A stretch of DNA of 64,000 nucleotides from Candidatus Devosia phytovorans (GTDB lineage: Bacteria > Pseudomonadota > Alphaproteobacteria > Rhizobiales > Devosiaceae), in contig CP119312.1 of NCBI GenBank assembly GCA_029202405.1, positions 4,070,569-4,134,568 on the forward strand, in the 5' to 3' direction. The position numbers were made by a program, and so were the translations under genes. The notes under the pieces were generated by a model. The model saw only the letters and a list, made by a program, of their open reading frames with translations, was not told the origin of the DNA and made no database searches. Within the stretch, counting starts at the first letter, position 1, and each line of letters opens with the position of its first letter. Below are positions 49,678 through 58,544 of this stretch, in pieces.

Positions 49678-50607
49678 TTACGAGGTCTCGCTCAGGAAGC
49701 GACGGACGGTGACACGGGAGGTGATGGCGGTGAGGGCTGCAATCACCGGAATTACGGCAGCAATGCCGATAATGCCACCGGTGCCGAGCGAGAAGCGTCC
49801 GAACAGCACGCCAAGCTGGGCACCGGCTTCGCTCGACAACATATTGCCCGCCGCAGTGCCGATCAGCGCAAAGAACAGCAGTGCTGCGACGGCGCCGAGC
49901 AGGCCACCCTGGAGGCCAATGGAGAGGAAGCGCCCCTGGAATTCGCCAGCAATGAAGCGGTTGGAGGCGCCGATATAATGCAGCACATCGACGATCTCGC
50001 GATTGGTCGCCATGGCGCCGCGCGTGGCAAAGACGATCGCCAGCACGGTAGCTGCGCCGATCAGCAGCAGGACCAAGACACCCGACAGTACGACGGTGCC
50101 AGCCATGGTGTTGAGCTGCTGGCGCCAGGCGGCATGGGTATCAAGGCTCGCGCCATTGATCGCGCCCAGGTTGCGTTGCAGTCCCTCAATATCGGCATCG
50201 ACCGGATCGGCGAGCTGGACCACGACAAGGCGGGGGATTTCAATGGCCGTCAGGTCAAGGCCGGCACCAAGCCAGGGCTCGAGCAAAGCTTCGCTTTCCT
50301 CGACGGTCAGGGCGCGGGCAGAGGCGACGCCGGGGGTCGATTGCGCCAACGAAACGGCGGTGCGGATATTGGAATCCATCACCTCGCCCTCGACGGGGCG
50401 TATCTGGATGGTCACCTCGCGGCCGGTATCGGCCGACCAGGCAATGGTGGATTTCTGGACCAGCACCACGCCACCCAGCGTCACCGCCGAGAGAAAGCTC
50501 ATGATGGTGATCAGCAGCAAAAGCGTGCGTCCAGCGACGCTCTTTTCTGGAACGATGGGTGCAGCGCCCTTGCGGGCCGGCACGATGCGGCGAAGGCGCT
50601 CAATCAT
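49678..50607 (-). CDS. ftsX: cell division permease FtsX
   Basis: Start at ATG 50607 overlapping ftsE stop; 4 TMs; IVDVLHYIGA. Confidence 0.88.
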   Translation of the reverse strand: MIERLRRIVPARKGAAPIVPEKSVAGRTLLLLITIMSFLSAVTLGGVVLVQKSTIAWSADTGREVTIQIRPVEGEVMDSNIRTAVSLAQSTPGVASARALTVEESEALLEPWLGAGLDLTAIEIPRLVVVQLADPVDADIEGLQRNLGAINGASLDTHAAWRQQLNTMAGTVVLSGVLVLLLIGAATVLAIVFATRGAMATNREIVDVLHYIGASNRFIAGEFQGRFLSIGLQGGLLGAVAALLFFALIGTAAGNMLSSEAGAQLGVLFGRFSLGTGGIIGIAAVIPVIAALTAITSRVTVRRFLSETS

Positions 50608-51262
50608 GGATGGTGAGCTCCCCTTTTTGCAGCAGCATGCGCGGATAGTTGAATTTATCGAGGAGCGGCAGTTCGTGGGTCGCCAGAATGATCGTTGTGC
50701 CCAGCGTGCGATTAAGCTCGGCGAAAAGATGCACGAGGCGGCTCGACAGTTCCGGATCGACATTTCCGGTCGGCTCGTCGGCCAGCAGAACCTTGGGCCG
50801 GGCGATGACGGCGCGGGCAATGGCGGCGCGCTGTTTTTCGCCACCGGACAGCAGCGAGGGCAGGGCATTCATGCGTTCGCCCAAGCCGACCCATTCGAGC
50901 AGTTCGGTGACATTGGGGCGATATTCGCTCTCGGGCTGGCCCAACACGCGCAGCGGCAGGGCGACGTTTTCAAAGGTTGTCAGGTGGTCGAGCAGGCGAA
51001 ATTCCTGGAAAACAATGCCGATGTGACGGCGCATCTGCAACAGGCGATCGTGCGTGAGGTTGCCGACGTCCTCGCCAAACATGGTGACATTGCCGCGGCT
51101 GGGCTTGAGCGACAGCAGCAGCAGGCGGAGCAGGCTGGTCTTGCCAGAGCCGGAGGGGCCGGTCAGAAAGTGAAAAGAGCCGGGCTCGACCGAAAAGGTC
51201 AGGTCCCGCAGGATCTCCGGACCATTGCCGTAGCGCAATCCGACATTGGAAAACTCGATCAA
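50600..51262 (-). CDS. ftsE: cell division ATPase FtsE
   Basis: TTG start; GPSGSGKT, VFQEFRLL, LSGGEKQR, LADEPTGN. Confidence 0.92.
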   Translation of the reverse strand: MIEFSNVGLRYGNGPEILRDLTFSVEPGSFHFLTGPSGSGKTSLLRLLLLSLKPSRGNVTMFGEDVGNLTHDRLLQMRRHIGIVFQEFRLLDHLTTFENVALPLRVLGQPESEYRPNVTELLEWVGLGERMNALPSLLSGGEKQRAAIARAVIARPKVLLADEPTGNVDPELSSRLVHLFAELNRTLGTTIILATHELPLLDKFNYPRMLLQKGELTIHD

Positions 51263-51474
51263 GAGTGCCTGGCTCCAGTATCGTCCGCCGATCGGCGAAT
51301 CAGGTGTTGGGCGCAGCATAACAGCCATAGAGGCCGCATGCGCTGCCGGGCCGTGTTGGCGGTATGAAAGCGGCACAAATGTGGTGGATTATCATTGGAC
51401 TGGACGCAGTTTGAGGAGTCTTAACCCCCGGGCGATAGGCTTGGGGTTCAGCGTCCCTCATTTCGTCTGGCCCG

Positions 51475-52446
51475 ATGATCATTACCTGTCCGCATTGCCA
51501 GACCAAGTATCAGGTCACCTATGAGGCCATAGGCTCGGCTGGCCGCAAGGTGCAATGCGCTCATTGCCAGCAGGCCTGGCAACAAAAGCCGCTCGATCCG
51601 GACGCAGGTGCAACGCCGGAACAGAAGCAGGCGTCGGTCGCGATGACCGAGGATGCAATGGATGACGCCATTGCTGCGGAAGCCGATTCTGTGATCGTCG
51701 AGAACGCACGCAAGTTGCGCCAGGAGAAAGCTGCCGAAGAGGCGCAGCAGCGCGCCGCGGCCGCTGCCGCGGCGGTAGCCAGCAAGGCCGAGGCGGCCAT
51801 GCTCAAGAAGCGGCAGAAGGATTTCCTGAGGCGCCACAGCGCCATGGTGGCCGACCTGCCGCTGGCGCGCTTGCGCCGTACATTCCGTGTGATGGGCGTC
51901 CTGGCGCTGGCTGGGGTGCTGGCCCTGGGTTATTTCGGCCGTGTGCAGGTCGTGCAGCAGTATCCGGCGATGGCCGGCGTTTATGAATCCCTGGGTCTCG
52001 GCGTCAATGTCGTGGGGCTCGATTTTTCCGACGTGACGACGCAGCAGTCGTCGCGGGATGGTCGCGAAATGCTGGCTGTCTCGGCGCAGATCGTTGGCCT
52101 CGAAACCGAGCCCGTGCCGGTTCCTGCGGTGGTGGTTACGCTGCTCGACACCCATGGTCAGGGCATCTACGAGTGGAGCGTGACGCCTTCCGTACGCGAC
52201 CTGATGGCGGGCGAAAGAGCCACATTCGACACTCAGCTCACCTTGCCGCCCGGCGATGCCGCCAGTGTTCGGTTGAGCTTTGCGGGCGGCCAGAGCGCGC
52301 CGCTGCAGGCGTCGACACCGGCCGACACACACACGTCAGAAACAGCGCCTGCGACGGAGGACACGGGTCATACCGCGCCCGGCGCGACCCAAGATCATGC
52401 AGCCCCGGCTGCTTCCCAAGAGCATTCTACCCCGGAGCATCATTGA
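51475..52446 (+). CDS. MJ0042-type zinc-ribbon / DUF3426-like membrane protein
   Basis: MIITCPHCQTKY...GRKVQCAHC...W; coiled linker; TM; periplasmic beta domain. Confidence 0.85.
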   Translation: MIITCPHCQTKYQVTYEAIGSAGRKVQCAHCQQAWQQKPLDPDAGATPEQKQASVAMTEDAMDDAIAAEADSVIVENARKLRQEKAAEEAQQRAAAAAAAVASKAEAAMLKKRQKDFLRRHSAMVADLPLARLRRTFRVMGVLALAGVLALGYFGRVQVVQQYPAMAGVYESLGLGVNVVGLDFSDVTTQQSSRDGREMLAVSAQIVGLETEPVPVPAVVVTLLDTHGQGIYEWSVTPSVRDLMAGERATFDTQLTLPPGDAASVRLSFAGGQSAPLQASTPADTHTSETAPATEDTGHTAPGATQDHAAPAASQEHSTPEHH

Positions 52447-52859
52447 TGGCCCGAATCCTTGTCGCCGAAGACGATCCCTCCGTTCGCGCCTTTGTGGTCA
52501 GCGCCTTGACCATGAAGGGTCATGAGGTGGTGGCCGAAGAAGACGGTGGCCTTGCCGCCGAAACCGCGGACGCTGAAAACGGCCGGTTCGACCTGCTGCT
52601 CAGCGATATCAAGATGCCGATCATGGACGGGATTGCGCTGGCGCTGCATGTTGCCGCCAAATTTCCTGAGATCACCATCGTACTGATGACCGGCTTTGCT
52701 GACCAGCGCGAGCGTGCGCATGGGTTGGACGCGCTGATCTATGACGTCATCACCAAGCCCTTCACGCTGGCCGACCTGTTGCAGAAGGTCGAGGATGCGC
52801 TCGAGGGCAAGCCAGTGGAAGTGCTGTCGCTGGCCCGGCGGGCGCAGCAACAGCCCTAG
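52446..52859 (+). CDS. cpdR: single-domain response regulator, CpdR-like (CpdR2 type)
   Basis: TGATG coupling; MARILVAEDD, LLLSDIKMPIMDGI, MTGFA, KPF; sits near ftsE, lysA and argH. Confidence 0.7.
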   Translation: MARILVAEDDPSVRAFVVSALTMKGHEVVAEEDGGLAAETADAENGRFDLLLSDIKMPIMDGIALALHVAAKFPEITIVLMTGFADQRERAHGLDALIYDVITKPFTLADLLQKVEDALEGKPVEVLSLARRAQQQP

Positions 52860-52929
52860 AGGGTCTGGATTTCTGGTCGCGCTTTCGGACCGGAAAACCG
52901 GTTCCCACTTTTCCTGGAAGCGCTCCTAG
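52856..52929. repeat. short intergenic repeat, copy 2, bounded by CTAG at both ends
   Basis: CTAGAGGG...GGAAAACCGGTTCCCACTTTTCCTGGAAGCGCTCCTAG. Confidence 0.7.
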
Positions 52930-54185
52930 AGCCAGTCAGGAACCGAATCCAGCGCGATCAGCTCGTCGAGGCTCTTGCGCGGGCGAATGACGTGGAAGCG
53001 GTCGCCATCGACCAGAACTTCCGGGATCAGGGCGCGGGAGTTATAGGTCGAGGCCATGACGGCGCCATAGGCCCCCGCGCTCATGATGGCCAGGAGATCG
53101 CCTTCCTTGACACCGGGCATAGTACGTCCCTTGGCTAGGTAATCGCCCGTCTCGCAGACCGGGCCGACGATGTCAGCCGTGATCGGCGCGAGGTTGGAGT
53201 GATTGACCGGCACGACGTCGTGGTGCGCTTCGTAGAGCGTGGGGCGGATCAGGTCGTTCATGGCCGCGTCGACGATGACGAAGTTTGACGCGCCTTCCTT
53301 CACATATTCGACCTTGGTGACCATGATGCCGGCATTGCCGACCAGCAGGCGCCCCGGTTCGATCACCAGCGAACAGCCGAGCTGGCCGATCTTGTCGCGG
53401 ACGACCGCGGCATAGGCCTCGGGGGCGGGCGGGGCTTCCTGGTCATGATGGTAGGGAATGCCGAGACCGCCGCCGACATCGACGTGATGGATGGTATGGC
53501 CGTCGGCGCGCAGGGCCGTCACCAGTTCGGCGAGCAGGCCGAAGGCGGCACCAAAGGGTTCGAGATCGGTCAGCTGGCTGCCGATATGCATGTCGACGCC
53601 AACGGCCTCAACATTGGGCAGGGCGGCAATGCGGCGATAGACCTCGCGGGCGCGCTGATAGGGAATGCCGAACTTGTTCTCGGCCTTGCCGGTGGAAATC
53701 TTGGCATGAGTGCGGGCATCGACGTCGGGATTGATGCGGACGGAGACCTTCGCGGTCAGGCCCATGTCGGCAGCGATCATGGACAGGCGTTCGAGCTCAG
53801 GCTCGCTCTCGACGTTGAAGCACTTGATGCCGGCTTCAAGGCCGCGGCGCATTTCGGCGACGGTCTTGGCCACGCCGGAGAAGACGATCATCTCCGGCTT
53901 GATGCCCGCGGCCAGCGCCCGCTCCAGTTCGCCTAGCGAGACGACGTCGGCACCAGCGCCTTCAGACGCCATTAGCTTGAGCACGGCCTGGTTGGAATTG
54001 GCCTTCATGGCATAAGCGAGCAGCGTCGGAATGCCCTCGAAGGCGGCCTTCACCACGCGCACATGCCGGCGCAGGGTGGCGCTGGAATAGACATAGAAAG
54101 GCGTGCCGACCTTTGCCGCGAGGTCATTGAGATTGACGTCCTCGGCATAAAGGGTTTCGTCGCGGTGGTGGAAATGGTGGACCAA
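52926..54185 (-). CDS. lysA: diaminopimelate decarboxylase
   Basis: [37 protein letters not shown]. Confidence 0.96.
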   Translation of the reverse strand: MVHHFHHRDETLYAEDVNLNDLAAKVGTPFYVYSSATLRRHVRVVKAAFEGIPTLLAYAMKANSNQAVLKLMASEGAGADVVSLGELERALAAGIKPEMIVFSGVAKTVAEMRRGLEAGIKCFNVESEPELERLSMIAADMGLTAKVSVRINPDVDARTHAKISTGKAENKFGIPYQRAREVYRRIAALPNVEAVGVDMHIGSQLTDLEPFGAAFGLLAELVTALRADGHTIHHVDVGGGLGIPYHHDQEAPPAPEAYAAVVRDKIGQLGCSLVIEPGRLLVGNAGIMVTKVEYVKEGASNFVIVDAAMNDLIRPTLYEAHHDVVPVNHSNLAPITADIVGPVCETGDYLAKGRTMPGVKEGDLLAIMSAGAYGAVMASTYNSRALIPEVLVDGDRFHVIRPRKSLDELIALDSVPDWL

Positions 54186-54249
54186 GGCCGGTGCTCCGTC
54201 GGGATTGTTTCAGGCTCTAAGCCAAAGCCCTGAAAAACGAAAGCAAGAC

Positions 54250-54969
54250 TTACCGATCAGCCTCATAAGCGGCTTCGATCCGTTCTGCGACCAGGGACTG
54301 CAATTGCCAGAGATGGGGATCGTGAATGCCCATGCATTCGAGATGGGCCACGGTGGCAAAGAGATATTCTGCCATCGAGCCACGCGAGCCGACGGCACGC
54401 GAAAGGACATCGGCGATTTCGTCCATCGAGAGGCCTGAGACATAACGGCCCGAGTTGCGGTCGATGCAGAAGGTGATGGCGCGGATGACGTGCTCGCCGG
54501 ATTTGACATTGACCCAGCGGGGCGGGAAGGCCGAGGGCAGCCAGCCCATTTCGCGTTCCAGAAGCTTGACCAGGTTTTCGTCGACCTGCCCGGGCGGCAG
54601 GCGGTAGAGCACGCCATTGCAGGCGCCGCCGCGATCGAGCGCCAGCATCAGGCCGGGGTTTTCGTCCGAGCCGCGCCAGCGATTGTTCCAGCCAAGGCAG
54701 AAGGCCCGGTGCCAGCCGCGCACAAGGCCCGTGCGCATTTCGACGAAGTCGCAGGCCGGCTTCCAGATCAGCGAGCCATAGGCAAAGATCCAGACCTCGT
54801 CATGATCGCGGTCGGGACCGAGCAAGGTTTCGATGGTGTTGGCATGATCGTCCGCGGTTGCTGCCCGCATCCCTTCGGGCGGCGGCGGCATGTCTTCGGA
54901 TGCATCCTCGGGAACCAGATAGCCAACATGACGCTCGGTGAGACGCATCTGTCGTTGTCGGCCAGCCAT
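54250..54969 (-). CDS. ChaC-type gamma-glutamylcyclotransferase with N-terminal extension (paralogue A)
   Basis: VWIFAYGSLIW, RGS.ENPGLM, LLERE, GSMAEYL. Confidence 0.87.
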   Translation of the reverse strand: MAGRQRQMRLTERHVGYLVPEDASEDMPPPPEGMRAATADDHANTIETLLGPDRDHDEVWIFAYGSLIWKPACDFVEMRTGLVRGWHRAFCLGWNNRWRGSDENPGLMLALDRGGACNGVLYRLPPGQVDENLVKLLEREMGWLPSAFPPRWVNVKSGEHVIRAITFCIDRNSGRYVSGLSMDEIADVLSRAVGSRGSMAEYLFATVAHLECMGIHDPHLWQLQSLVAERIEAAYEADR

Positions 54970-55022
54970 CAGCAAGGGTCCAAATCAGTGAGCTCTTCTC
55001 ACAACCTATGCTTCAGGCAAGC

Positions 55023-55742
55023 TTATTCAACCCCGCGATCGCCGTGCATGGCTTCAATGCGATCGGCAACCAGGCTTTGGAGTGTCCAGAGATAGGTGTC
55101 GTGGATACCCAGCGCTTCGAGCTGTTCGACCGTGGCGCGCAGATATTCCGCCATCGATCCGCGAAAGCCGCAGGCAGTGGCAAGGATGTCTGCCGTTTCC
55201 TCGGGCCCGAGGGCACCGATGTAGCGACTGCTCCTGCGGTTCATCGGAAAGGCCAGGGCCGAAACGGGACCTTGTTCGGTGCGCACCTTGATCCATCGCG
55301 GTGGGAAGGCGGTGGGGACCATGCTCATCTCGCGGCGAATGAGAATATCGAGCTCGGCGCGCAGTGTTTCATCGGGCAAGCGATGCACCACACCCCTGCA
55401 ATGGCCGCCCCGGTCCATCGCCATCATCAGGCCTGGTGTCTCCCGGCTGCCGCGAAAGCGATAGTCCCAGCCCAGCGTGAAGGAACGGTGCCAGCCGGCA
55501 GCGGTGCCGGTGCGCTGTTCGACAACCTGATAAGGCGGATTCCAGATCAACGAACCCGAAGCAAAGACCCAGAACTGCTCCGACGTCGGGGCCGTATCGA
55601 GAATGCGATCGACCTCGGCGGCATAGTCGGCATCATCGGCCGGGCGATAGCCCTCGATCAGCACCGGGCCGGGGTCAGCTATGTCGCGGTGGACGCGCGC
55701 GACATGGTCATGTGTCAGGCGGGCAATTCGCGGCGTGGTCAT
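55023..55742 (-). CDS. ChaC-type gamma-glutamylcyclotransferase with N-terminal extension (paralogue B)
   Basis: FWVFASGSLIW, RGSRETPGLM, LIRRE, GSMAEYL. Confidence 0.87.
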   Translation of the reverse strand: MTTPRIARLTHDHVARVHRDIADPGPVLIEGYRPADDADYAAEVDRILDTAPTSEQFWVFASGSLIWNPPYQVVEQRTGTAAGWHRSFTLGWDYRFRGSRETPGLMMAMDRGGHCRGVVHRLPDETLRAELDILIRREMSMVPTAFPPRWIKVRTEQGPVSALAFPMNRRSSRYIGALGPEETADILATACGFRGSMAEYLRATVEQLEALGIHDTYLWTLQSLVADRIEAMHGDRGVE

Positions 55743-55799
55743 CCTGCCACCTCGGCTGCTTGCGGCCAGCTCCTATCAAGTGGACCGACCGCCTCAGCT

Positions 55800-57248
55800 C
55801 TATTCTACGCCACCATCGCTATGGCCGCCCGACTTTTTCTTGCCCAGTGGCTTGGGCTCGTGTGGCTGGCCGGTCAATTCGGTCTTCCAGCGCGCCGCCT
55901 GAATGAGAACATTGGCCGGGGCCGTGCCGCCATAGCTCTTGCGGGCCGCGACCGAGGCCTCGACCGTGAGCACCTTATGGATGCGGCTGTCGATGCGCTG
56001 GTCGACAAATTTGAAGTCTTCGATGGTCAGCCCTTCGAGGCCGCAGTTTTTCTGCTCGGCCAGGGCCACAATCTGCCCGGTGATGTGATGGGCATCGCGG
56101 AAGGGGATGTTGAGCTCGCGCACCAGCCAGTCGGCGATGTCGGTGGCGGTGGAGAAGCCGGCGGCAGCTGAAACGCGCATACGCTCGTGATTGGCCTTCA
56201 TGTCGCCGACCATGCCGGTCATGGCAGCCAGCGAGAGCGACAGCGAATCCAGCGCGTCGAAGGCGACTTCCTTGTCTTCCTGCATGTCCTTGGAATAGGC
56301 GAGAGGCAGGCCCTTCATGACGACCAGCAGACTGGTCAGCGCGCCGAGAATGCGGCCGATCTTGGCGCGGACCAGTTCGGCGGCATCGGGATTGCGCTTC
56401 TGCGGCATGATGGAACTGCCGGTAGTAAACTTGTCGGAGAGACGCACGAAGGCGAACTGGGCCGAGGACCAGATCACCATTTCCTCGGCGAAGCGGGAAA
56501 GATGCATGGCGCAGATCGAGGCGGCGGCGAGGGTTTCGAGGATGAAGTCGCGGTCGGAGACGGCGTCGAGCGAATTGGCGGTCGGGCGGTCGAAGCCGAG
56601 CTTTCCGGCCGTCATGTGACGGTCGATCGGATAGGGCGTGCCAGCCAGGGCGGCCGAGCCGAGCGGGCTTTCGTTGAGGCGCTTGCGCGCATCGAGCAGG
56701 CGGCCGCCGTCGCGACCGAGCATTTCGACATAGGCCAGCAGATGGTGGCCAAAGGTCACCGGTTGAGCGCTCTGCAGGTGGGTGAAGCCGGGCATGATGG
56801 TCTCGGCCTCTTCCTCGGCTTTGGTCACCAGGGCGAGCTGCAGGGTCTGCACCTGGATGACTAGGGTGTCGATGGTGTCTCGCACATAAAGCTTGAAGTC
56901 GGTGGCGATCTGGTCGTTGCGCGAGCGCGCCGTGTGCAGGCGCCCGGCGGCATCGCCGATCTTTTCGCGCAGGCGCGACTCGACATTCATATGGATGTCT
57001 TCAAGGGCCCGCGAGAACGTGAAACTGCCGCCCTCGATTTCGGCGAGAACCTCGTTTAGACCGGCAATGATGCTGTCGCGGTCGTCCTTCGTCAGAATGC
57101 CCGTTTCGGCGAGCATTGTGGCATGGGCGATCGAGCCGGCAATATCCTGGCGGAACAGGCGCTGATCAAAACCGATCGAGGCGTTGATTTCTTCCATGAT
57201 GGCGTCGGGGCCGGTGGCAAACCGTCCACCCCACATCTTGTTGCTCAT
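55800..57248 (-). CDS. argH: argininosuccinate lyase
   Basis: [34 protein letters not shown]. Confidence 0.97.
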   Translation of the reverse strand: MSNKMWGGRFATGPDAIMEEINASIGFDQRLFRQDIAGSIAHATMLAETGILTKDDRDSIIAGLNEVLAEIEGGSFTFSRALEDIHMNVESRLREKIGDAAGRLHTARSRNDQIATDFKLYVRDTIDTLVIQVQTLQLALVTKAEEEAETIMPGFTHLQSAQPVTFGHHLLAYVEMLGRDGGRLLDARKRLNESPLGSAALAGTPYPIDRHMTAGKLGFDRPTANSLDAVSDRDFILETLAAASICAMHLSRFAEEMVIWSSAQFAFVRLSDKFTTGSSIMPQKRNPDAAELVRAKIGRILGALTSLLVVMKGLPLAYSKDMQEDKEVAFDALDSLSLSLAAMTGMVGDMKANHERMRVSAAAGFSTATDIADWLVRELNIPFRDAHHITGQIVALAEQKNCGLEGLTIEDFKFVDQRIDSRIHKVLTVEASVAARKSYGGTAPANVLIQAARWKTELTGQPHEPKPLGKKKSGGHSDGGVE

Positions 57249-57262
57249 TTCCGGAGACCTCT

Positions 57263-57925
57263 ATGACCGATATGCAAGCGCCCCGCCCCGGAGCAACGAG
57301 CCGGGTCCGGCTGTGGATCATCCTGGGCTTAGTGGGATTGGCGGTAGCTATAGCGGCGTGGGTCTATGTCGGCAATGGTGCCCAGGCGAAGGAATGCCCG
57401 GTGCAGGCCGATGATGCGGCAGCGATCGACGCGGCGGCGGTGGGCGAACTTGCAGCCCTCAATGGGACGGGCGAGGGACGCGGCTATGCGACGATGGCGT
57501 TCAAGGATGCCAGCGGTACGGAGATGACGATCGGCGACTTCAAAGGGAAGGCGCTGCTAGTCAACTTCTGGGCCAGCTGGTGCGTGCCGTGCCGCGAGGA
57601 GATGCCGGCACTCGATGCGCTGGCGACCAAATACAATTCCGATGCCTTCATGGTGTTGCCCATCAATCTTGATATCGGCGCCAATGGGCTGGAAAAGGCA
57701 GAGGGTTTTCTCGAAGAAAACCAGTTCGCCAACCTGCCGCTCTATGCTGACAATACATTCTCGGCTTTCGAACGGCTGAAGCAGGAAGCCGTTGCTATTG
57801 GCTTGCCGGCAACGCTAGTGCTGGATGAGAATGGCTGCGAGCTGGGCGTGCTGCAGGGACCGGCCGAGTGGAACACTCCGGACGGAGAAAAGGTGATCGA
57901 GACGCTGATCGGTCTGGGGGCCTAG
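57263..57925 (+). CDS. tlpA: membrane-anchored thiol:disulfide oxidoreductase TlpA
   Basis: NFWASWCVPCREEMP, GLPAT, GPAEW; divergent from argH. Confidence 0.88.
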   Translation: MTDMQAPRPGATSRVRLWIILGLVGLAVAIAAWVYVGNGAQAKECPVQADDAAAIDAAAVGELAALNGTGEGRGYATMAFKDASGTEMTIGDFKGKALLVNFWASWCVPCREEMPALDALATKYNSDAFMVLPINLDIGANGLEKAEGFLEENQFANLPLYADNTFSAFERLKQEAVAIGLPATLVLDENGCELGVLQGPAEWNTPDGEKVIETLIGLGA

Positions 57926-58140
57926 ATCAGCCGGTCGACCTGATAACCATTTTCGACGACGGGGGGCGGCGCTTCGCCGCTCGGACTGGCGTCTTCGGCT
58001 GCCGCCTGTTCCTTGTCCATCGCAAGCTTGAGTTCCGCGCGCAGGGCGGCGACCTTGCCCAGCGAAGCCTCCATTGGCGCTTCGCGGTCGGCGATACGGT
58101 TGATCATCACTGAGGGCATCGTACCAATCGCGTTGCTCAT
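57922..58140 (-). CDS. small hypothetical protein (72 aa)
   Basis: ATG 58140 just after previous stop; ends GYQVDRLI. Confidence 0.55.
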   Translation of the reverse strand: MSNAIGTMPSVMINRIADREAPMEASLGKVAALRAELKLAMDKEQAAAEDASPSGEAPPPVVENGYQVDRLI

Positions 58141-58144
58141 GGCC

Positions 58145-58327
58145 CTATGCCTGCTTGTTGACCTGCAGACCCTGGCCTGCCGGCGCCGGCGGCATGGCCG
58201 ACTGCAGCATATCGACAAGGAGCTGGCTCTGTAGCTCGTGGTTTTTCTTGAAGACGGCAATCTGGGTGCTGTTCTGCACCTGGGCCGAGTTCATCGCCAT
58301 GACCTGCATGGAGAGATCGGTATTCAT
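58145..58327 (-). CDS. YjfB-like putative motility protein (about 60 aa)
   Basis: AGGAGG RBS; QIAVFKK..E.Q..L..ML...P..GQG..VNKQA pattern. Confidence 0.7.
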   Translation of the reverse strand: MNTDLSMQVMAMNSAQVQNSTQIAVFKKNHELQSQLLVDMLQSAMPPAPAGQGLQVNKQA

Positions 58328-58421
58328 CACGGACCTCCTTCTGATAGTCCGCCTGAAACACTAGGTGCGGGATATAAACAAAGTCTTCGATGACAGCGTT
58401 AATTTGATGAGAACTGCGCGC

Positions 58422-58436
58422 TTAACACGGTGTTAA
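58422..58436. promoter_or_regulatory. perfect CtrA-type box
   Basis: TTAA-cacggtg-TTAA, also a perfect palindrome TTAACAC-G-GTGTTAA. Confidence 0.75.
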
Positions 58437-58544
58437 TCGCGCTTTCAGCCTTTCGCGGGAGACCGATCCCGGTTCATCGCCTGCTTACGTTTCTGCCTGC
58501 ACATGGGGTGCAACTCGTGGCCCCGAAGGTAGACGCTCCAAGAC

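Noticed and set aside
47385-51409. Extra GGACGCAG 8-mers near 47387 and 51402
   Set aside because: They lack the CCATTAAC at the 24-base spacing; a few chance hits are expected in GC-rich DNA
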